This document shows, piece by piece, positions 39,351-64,000 of a DNA stretch of 64,000 bases. The translations under genes and the position numbers were made by a program. Source of the stretch: Aplysia californica (Eukaryota). Each line of letters starts with the position of its first letter. Positions within the stretch are counted from its first letter, which is position 1. The notes beneath the pieces were generated by a model. It did not search any database, was not told the origin of the DNA, and saw only the letters and a program-made list of their open reading frames with translations. The DNA lies in the NCBI RefSeq assembly GCF_000002075.1, contig NW_004797332.1, positions 435,378-499,377 of the forward strand, read 5' to 3'.

Positions 39351-40446
39351 TTATATTATATTATGTCAATTATGACGATGCAGCTGCTCCGATGATGCTG
39401 CTGCTAATCTCTTCTGCGCATTGTTTGTCGCACCAGGGGGAGGTGGGGGGTGTAATCTTCTGGCGTCTTTACGTCTATTTTTGCATGCTTTATTGCCTTT
39501 ACCATTAAATTACCATGTTTCAATTTCAAGCATTACTACCGGAATTCCGAATGTTATTAACATACACAGGAACCTTGTAACCAATCAGTTGAGCACGGCT
39601 GAGAGGCTGCAGTTAGCCTCTAGTGTGAAATTTTACCATGCGAAACACATCGATACGGATAATACGTCTAGCCACTGACCATACATGACATTCCATGCAG
39701 TACCTCCAAAGATTCTCTACTGTATCATGTATACACTGTCTTTGGTACGTCCATGGCCTTATAAAAATAACCTGTAGGTATCCCAGGAAATGATGACATC
39801 ACATTACTAAAATTAGCAACCAATCAGGAAGTTGCGTCGTTCTACGTTTAGTCGCATGTTCAGAAGTACTCCATAGCGGTGTTAATCGCTTCCCATAACT
39901 TGGCCATAACTTTCATATTCAGACAACCACATGCACGCACACAAAGTACATCATGTACAAAGTTTACATTATTCACTCCCCCAATGCAGCACCATACTGA
40001 CCCCAAAGATCGTGTATACCAATATGTTTCAATTTCCCTTCTCGTGTCCCGGCGAGACTTGGGCGTGCCCTTGTGTTAGCACGTTACGGCCTGTGATACG
40101 AGCGTACACAAAGATTCCAGCGCTCTTGAGTTGAACGCATGCAATNNNNNNNNNNNNNNNNNNNNNNNNNNNNNNNNNNNNNNNNNNNNNNNNNNNNNNN
40201 NNNNNNNNNNNNNNNNNNNNNNNNNNNNNNNNNNNNNNNNNNNNNNNNNNNNNNNNNNNNNNNNNNNNNNNNNNNNNNNNNNNNNNNNNNNNNNNNNNNN
40301 NNNNNNNNNNNNNNNNNNNNNNNNNNNNNNNNNNNGAAAGAGGGAGAAAGAGAGGTGTTTGTTATTATAATAAGAATTATTGTTTCCTGTCATTTTTTCT
40401 CTTCGTCGGTTTTCAGGCTGACTCGGTGCTATACAGTCATTATTGA

Positions 40447-40484
<38 letters not shown>

Positions 40485-40961
40485 GATCAATCCAAATAAT
40501 GGCATTATAATTGATGCCATACAATTGTATGAGTTCATTGTGACTCGAAACAGGCCTTTGAGTCTCGGTTACTGTTACCCCATCCCTGATTCCTCTAGTT
40601 TGGTTCCTTACTTCGAGCTACCAGATTTTCAGCAATGTCAAATGTATACACTATTGATGCTCCTTTTATCCTGTTCCAGGCAACAGGCAAGTAGAAGGTG
40701 TCAGGGAAATTAACTGTGTTGTCAGCTGACTAACATCAAGAAACAAGTTGAACAAGACAACATAAAAAACACACAAATTATTTCTTGTTGTAAACTCGAG
40801 CGTAGATTTGCTTGTGGTACATTTTAGAGAACATTGATATTTCCTCTTTTTTAAATACATGATGCCGCATTATTATTTTCAGGTTCAAGAAGGGTCTTGC
40901 TGAAGTCTTTGATACTTCAAGAAGCGCGACATCAGGCAGATGCTTTTGCGAGCAAAAAAAT

Positions 40962-57100
<16,139 letters not shown>

Positions 57101-57571
57101 CGACATGGCTGGATAAGTCACAATGTCCTCCTCTTATGACTCTGTGATCTTCAAGTTGTTTTTTTTTGTTTTTTTCCAGCCGATTATGAAATACTGATGA
57201 GATGTGAGGGTGGGGAAATTTTAGTCTTAATTTTTAATTGAAAGGATTTGAACGTTTGTTGTATTTTCAAAGATAAATTTATTTTAAACGTCTTGGCATA
57301 AAAAGCACTTTTTTTTCTCTTAAATTTACCTAGTTTTTTAATTTATTTTTTTGTCTTTTATCATTTAAAAAAATTCGTGACGGAAAGTAAGGAGTTGAAG
57401 TTAAGACCTGCGTTGTTTTAAAATAATGACTTGTTTTTATCCTTTATCCATTGAAATGGAGTCGTAACAATCCAAATGTTTGTGGGGGCGGTATTTTGTG
57501 TTACATTTTTATTTTGAAACATTTCCCATCTTCAACCTAAATTATTGCATTTGCCTAAGAGTCCACACGGT

Positions 57572-57608
<37 letters not shown>

Positions 57609-60089
57609 TCTTTGTGAAATTGCACACATTTGTTATTGGGCATTTACTCTCCCAGATACTTTCAAAACATATTTGTGGGCGTCAGTGGTCTGGTGGTTAG
57701 GCTATTGGACTCGTAATTGTTAGATTGCAGGTGGGGGGGGGGGGGGGGGGGGGTAAGGTTCAGCTTGGTCTGACAGGGTCCTTGGGATAAACTCTTTATT
57801 CAAATTTTTCCTTTTGGCTTTGTCCCTTTGGAAACTGATGTTCAATTTGGAGGTCCTGCCCCTCAAATAACTTTACAGTATTGCAAAAGGCATTAAACTT
57901 GTACAATTTCTCACATTTTTTCACACAACACACATTGCTCATACTCATATGCCCACATCCATTATGATAGATAGATGCTCTCTCAAACATATACAGACAA
58001 AAAATGGAGTTAATATTCATTTGATTCTGTATTTCCCATTATTTTAAGTGTCTTAGTGTCTATTGAAATTGCATACCTGCATCTAATTATACACAATGTG
58101 TATGGCCAAAGCCGAGGAATATATTAGTGTTTATTTTGTGCCATTAAGGAATTTACTTAAGACTTTTTTCTTCAATGAAGAAATGTCATGCGGCCTACCT
58201 TTTTGCAAATCACTTTTTGAAATTCTTTGAGAAGAGATTGGTGCTGTTTCATTCTGTCCTTCATCGTTCTGATTCTTAAAACTATAAACTTCATGTTTTG
58301 ACAAAGATTGGTGAATGATCAATCTGGCTGTTTGGCTTTTATCACCGAAAAATGATTTTAGATATTCAACTTGCAACAATGTCCAGTGAACTTTCCTTAG
58401 ATTGATATTAGCTTTGGCTTTCTCAAGGTCCTTGGTGGGACCTGATACTAATATAATGTATATTATTATTAATATTAACTTAAAGTTTGCTCTAGTGATG
58501 TCAGAGAATGAAATCAGTTGTTTCATGAATTTAGTCAATTTGTCATTTGTGTTTCATGTTTTAGGATTAGCATAAGTGTCAGAAATACTCCGAGAAGCTT
58601 TGATTGAAGCCTTCATAATGTTATGTCCATGTGTGTGGAGATTTATGTTTTTTGTGTTGATTTTTACTCTTCTGGAAGGCTAGAGTTTAAATTTATCTTG
58701 GACCTATTTTTGATATTTTTGTTTAGTGCAAGCAGATACTGGGGATAAAAAAAAAGATTTAGTTGAAAGTGCTTGAAGTCTTTTCTACTTAATATGCAAG
58801 AAAAGTGAAAAGTTTATATTTTTCAAACTCGGGATTTTTTTTCTTTAAAAAAAATTTGTGATTTTGATTTTTGAATTTTATTTTTACACTTTTTTTTAGT
58901 CTTTCCATTTTTTAATTACTCTGGAGACAGGACCCTTGTTATTGCATTAATACCGATGGTGTGTTTTCTGATGCAGCTGAGTGACTGTGTGTTGTATTCC
59001 GTCATATCTGCAAAAATACAATCCGTGACACGCTCGATTTTGTAAGAGTCTGTGTTGCTCGATTTCTCTGAGAGTTTGTGTTTGACTGTCTGTTTGTATA
59101 TACTTTTAGGCCTCTAAACATAAAAAAACATAATTGATTAATTTTTCTGAACTTTGACTTCAACCAGGTACTGACTTAGACTGCCATGGGCTTGCAAATT
59201 CGCTGTGCAGTGGGCTGAGTGCATGGTCAATTTTGTGCTTTGCTGGGGATACGTAAAGAATTCTTTCTTTGTCTTATGCTCAGGGAGGGGTGATAAAAAT
59301 ATTTTCAGTGTCACTCTTAAGACTCTTTTCTTCACTTGTGACTGATTTTTATTATTAATGGTAATATTCATAAATTTCAAGACCCCAAACTGACCTATGT
59401 TTGGCTCTTTTTCATATCTTGATTTGTGTTTTCTGCTTTAAGTAAGATGGTGAGAATGCATTTGTCTGTCTTTTTTTTTCTTGTCCTACCGGAACAAGTC
59501 AAATGAACCCTTTGAAGCAAAATATATGTGAGGGGAACAAACTTCCAGACTTTCACGAAGTGATTATGTTTTTGTTTGAAGGTCTGTGCTGTCAGATTTT
59601 CTGGTCTCCAGCCTGATAGCAAAGGTAGAGAAAAGCTATTGATTTCCTGCTGTGGGAAGAGTTGGATGAGCTTGTGCTTTTTGTGAAATGAACTGGCATA
59701 GTGCTGGTACCACACTTGGTAAAAGCCTTTTATGTAGGTGATGTCTGCCCTCACAGTCAGGCGTATTGGAATATAAAATGTACTCTGTCATAATATATGC
59801 AGCACAAGTCTTTTTAAAAAAAATGTTTTTTCAGTAGAGGTTTTACGACGCTCGCAACTGCATAAGGTCATATGAGCGCCAGAAGATTAGAGGTGTTACA
59901 AGAAGTGTTACATAAAAAAGAAGAAGGGGGAGATAAGGACGATAAATGTTTGATAGGAAAGAAGAAGTAAACCACACCACAGCACAAGTCTGTGGACACC
60001 TTTGAGTACATGTAATTGATTTAGAAGACCTGAAGAGAAAGGTTATGGACCACCACTGTGTATAAGACTGGAAAGAGAAATTGTCATCT

Positions 60090-60347
60090 TTGAATTGGTC
60101 GCTTTTAAGCACAAGGGGGCTATCCCGAAAAATGCTGTTTTGAGAAAATCGAAAGTAAAGTTTTTGCCCCTTGTTCAGTTTCTTTAAAAGACGAGGAGAG
60201 TTTTCTCTATAACCTAACAAATATACACACCAATGAAACCAAACTTCTCCTATAGGTAGGGCAATATCCACTTTTGGTGTAGGTCAAGTTTTCTGGAAAC
60301 CCCCGAAAACTGGGTAGCCCGGTTGTCCTTAAAAGTGACCAATTCAA
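60090..60347. mobile_element. MITE with about 36-bp imperfect TIRs
   Basis: TTGAATTGGTCGCTTTTAAGCACAAGGGGGCTATCC on the left vs the reverse complement of GGGTAGCCCGGTTGTCCTTAAAAGTGACCAATTCAA on the right; no clear TSD. Confidence 0.65.
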
Positions 60348-60429
60348 GACGTGAAACCCCACAATCTGTTGTAATAACTGTAGTTGTCTATAGTGCTATA
60401 AGGATTACTCTGACAATCAATCCAAGCTT

Positions 60430-63400
60430 GACATGAATATTTATTTTCAAAGCATTGCAAAAACACAACAGCTGTCAATTTGTCACTCAACCTGAACCAA
60501 CATCTTCACATAACACATTCTTGCTTCAATTTGTTCATGTCTCTTAAGGAATAATTTGCGCATAAGCTGCAACAAGCAGTTAAATTCTAAGACTGACGTA
60601 ACAGATACTTCCTTTGAATATGACAATTTCTGTGATCATGCACTCTGGGATTTGAAACAAAAATAAAAATTGAAAAATAAAAAGCAAATGAAATCAACCA
60701 GGTGAGTAATCTAAAGGAGAATTACAAACCGATCCAACAGAATGCTAATGTAATATATCTTGCAACATTCTGTTTGCCATAGCCTAATAAATTCTAGCCC
60801 TGTCGAGTTACCTTGCCTAACAACAATGTCTGATAAAAAAATTGAGTTAGAGGAACAGAAACTAGAATGTGAAGCCAGGGTAAATTAACCCTCTGCTGCC
60901 CACAACAAAAAGGGTAGGCATGCAAATTGTGATTTTGACCCTACACTGATATTATAAAGGCAACATTATTGAAAACCTCTGAGGCTGATTTATTAATTTA
61001 ATACTATTTTGAGAACCCCCATCCCCCCAAAACCCCCCTCCAAAAACAACAAATACATCCAAATTTTTGTTTAAATATATGAAACAATTGGCACTAAAAG
61101 ATTAATCACTGTCTAAACTATGTGACACTGCCAGAGGATAAACCTCAACCTGCTGTTCCACTCAGTTAAGGAGTTAGGGGTGATGGTAAATCATATGTTC
61201 TCTCAATCATTGTGTGTAAAGAACTACAGCTTTCTTTTCCAGGATCACAAATTGTTAGTGCTGAGGGCAATCTACGCAGTTTCACTAAAAATAAAATACC
61301 TTCTTTTTTTGCTCATTTGAAAATTTCAAACGCAGATCTCTCTATTTACTTAATGAAGACTGGGTGCAAAACACTGACAAATGCCATTTGTAAAATGAAG
61401 TTTGTCGGACTCTTGCATCTAGCCATCATTATAAAAACATTGTGATTAAAGAAAAGTTGTGATATAATCTGTGTTAATTAAAAAACTATTTTCAAAAGCT
61501 TTTTTTTTTTCAACGAACCAACACTGATCTCCTTTACGCAAGCTGCATGCTGTACAAGTGTGCAGACATCAGTACTGGTAAGTTTGAAAAAAGAAATTTT
61601 TTATCTCCCGTAAAATTGTGGTTCAGTTGGTTACAAAGAGTGCTTGCAACACAGATGAAATGATCAACACAACTGCAGATTGAATCATCACAGCACTCAG
61701 TGCACAGCTGAAAATGATTATTCCAAGCACTGCTGTTACACATTTCTCTAGCCACACACAACACAACTCCGATACAGCAACAGTAACAAGGGCATTTTTA
61801 CTTGTAATTGGAGAATGGCATAAAAATGAGATGATAGTCAATTTGAGCTGTGAAATAAAAAGGACGATCCTTTACAGAAAAAAGATGAGTGGCACTCTGA
61901 GAACAATCTTCACCATGCAAAAGTTTATTCAGCTGATGCTTTGACAGGCTTGGGTAATAAAACAAGAGCACAGCACATCTGTCATGAAAATGCATAAATT
62001 CTTGGTGCATTGTGTTATGTTGTTCAGCTGCCTCAGAATTTTAACAGGTTCTGAACTCATGAAAATAGGAATGCTCATTTCAAACCACCATTCAGTCGAG
62101 ACCCATTTCATGGATGAAAATTAAAAGAAGGCTTACCATTTACTCAAAGAAATGGAAAAAAATTACGACAGCTTTTGCACTATGGACAATTTTCTCATCA
62201 TCACTATTGTTAATCAATCACATACCCTGGACTTAAAAAGAAAATAGTGAACCATGAAAAGTCATTACACGTAAAAGTTACTCCATGTCTACATTCATAA
62301 GATTGTTATTGATTCATTGAGTCGGGCTATTTTCAAAGTAAAACAGCTGTGGAGCACAATATGCTTTTATCTCTGACTAAGCTTCCCAAGGCAAACCCAG
62401 GCATACTATATTGGAAAATATTAATTTCTGAACATCTGATGAGCCAATGGGCATCTAAGCAGGTCTCCCAGTCAATAGGGGTCAAGCTTAGACTACCAAG
62501 AAGTCAATACTATCCCACTATAGACTTAATTTTAAGAGAAACTACAAGTTCAAGGGAATAATGCATAAATCATATTCTGAAATTCAAATACAGTTGAACC
62601 TGCTCTAACAGCCACCTGACCAAGATGATCACTTGTACAAATGAGCACTTCCCACCTTTCCCCTTTCCAATTTTTTATAATGACATTTTTGACGACGTCT
62701 ACCTGTCTAATACAATCACACTCCTCAACAATTGATGGCCATCTTGGACAATTTTAACTGTATATTTTCCTACAGACATTGATGTTATGTTTTTGTTAAT
62801 GTATACTGAATGCAGTTGTTCTGATATTACAAGAACTCCAACTTGTTTCTTCATCAAAGCCCACACTGACTTGGCCTTGGACTCTCCATTAAAATAGTTA
62901 TAATCACAATTGACAGAATAATACGTTCTTACAATAATTGGACTGAGTTAATTAAGATTCATCCTTCTATACAATAGCTTTCCACATTATAAATGTATAA
63001 TACTATAAATGAACGAGTACAATTCTTTTTACAATACTTCCATGCACACACAAGAAACAGTGAAACAGGCGAAGTGCATATCATTGGCCAGCTGTTCAAA
63101 TATACTTAGCCCAAAATTTGGAAAAAAAAAATCAATACAGTCTTAACCTCTGTGGTTTAGTTTGCATGCTCAAGAAACTTTTTGTCGAAATTCAAATTCT
63201 AAATGTTTAAAAAAAGCAAAAAGAAATAAATATACAATATAGGAATAATTCGTCAAAGAAATAAATATTTTTTTTACTCTCACTTGAAAAATTTTGTTTT
63301 ATGGGTTTAGTACATTTGAATGGCTTGCCTGACAAGAAATTGTCCAAAGTAAGTAAGACTTGTTGTCCAAGCATCCGCATGCATGTAACTCACACAGACA

Positions 63401-64000
63401 CAAGGAGCACTTGAGTACAAAAATACATCATGATACCTGTACATGGTCCCAGGGGGGAGCTGGGGAGGTGGTCTTGACTAGAGGCCCTGACCTAAATGCA
63501 ATTTATCATCATTCATAAACATTAGGTGTCCCAAATTATTATAATTAAGGCAGGCAAAACTTTTTCACACGAGAGACAAACAAAGCAGAGAGATGAAGCA
63601 CCATAGTGAAACAATCAGTAGTAAACATAAAAATGGTGGAGGGAATACCAAGTCTGAGAAAGTAAAGGCCTTAGTTTTTCTTTTTCAATCAATAATTCAT
63701 AAACATTTCTTAACGCCACCTTCAATTCAGAGCTAAAGAGGTATTTTCACCTCTTTTCCCAGATTAAGAATGATTTCAGTTTCATTGCCTAGTTTGAGAA
63801 CACCAAGTTTCATATATATAACTTAACTCACATGCACAAAGGTACGCTCACCCACAAATGCAATGAATTGCAGAAAAAAATTCGTTTTTTACTGGCATAG
63901 GCTACTTTACTAAATTAAAGAACATAAATTCATTTACTGCGCTGAGCCAGCTGATCAGTTCAGCATTTTTCTTGTCACTTTAATGAGCCTAAATGTTGGC
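60430..64000 (-). other. Possible 3' UTR of an unseen minus-strand gene beyond the window
   Basis: Strand composition flips from T-rich to A-rich on +, minus-strand AATAAA near 60440, few repeats, no recognisable exons. Confidence 0.3.
62591..62760. mobile_element. Same small Tigger-like MITE family
   Basis: TA|CAGTTGAACCTGCTCTAACAGCCACCTG...GGACAATTTTAACTG|TA; opposite orientation to 51953-52107. Confidence 0.7.

Noticed and set aside
57796-62561. Assorted 60-140 aa ORFs in the last 6 kb
   Set aside because: No family motifs or exon-like splice context; consistent with UTR or intergenic sequence.

Overview
AT-rich animal genomic DNA with spliceosomal introns, microsatellites, SINE/LINE/MITE debris and three N gaps; it looks invertebrate, possibly molluscan, but the taxon cannot be proved from the window. 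I assembled three multi-exon genes by hand, checking splice phase at every junction. (1) A strongly diverged CFAP58/CCDC147-family ciliary coiled-coil gene on + (about 518..28508, about 18 exons, about 945 aa) with an RFX X-box upstream. (2) A stand-alone Maf/YhdE-type nucleotide pyrophosphatase on - (38227..32268, 6 exons, 223 aa). (3) ABHD18/C4orf29 on + (40962..57100, about 636 aa), head-to-head with the Maf gene. ABHD18 is the most interesting part. The exon right after the catalytic GxSxG serine exists as two paralogous 90-nt copies (51746..51835 and 52485..52574, 17/30 aa identical, both with intact splice sites), the signature of mutually exclusive splicing. An upstream intronic element (50809..50834) is complementary to the second copy's acceptor junction and is a candidate RNA docking site. 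The same gene has a U12-type intron (48266..49610), a GC-AG intron (41054..41686), a decayed Sola-like DNA transposon with both ends intact (42080..45110) and an antisense MADF-domain relic. Protein family calls come from my recollection of the family sequences, not from database searches.
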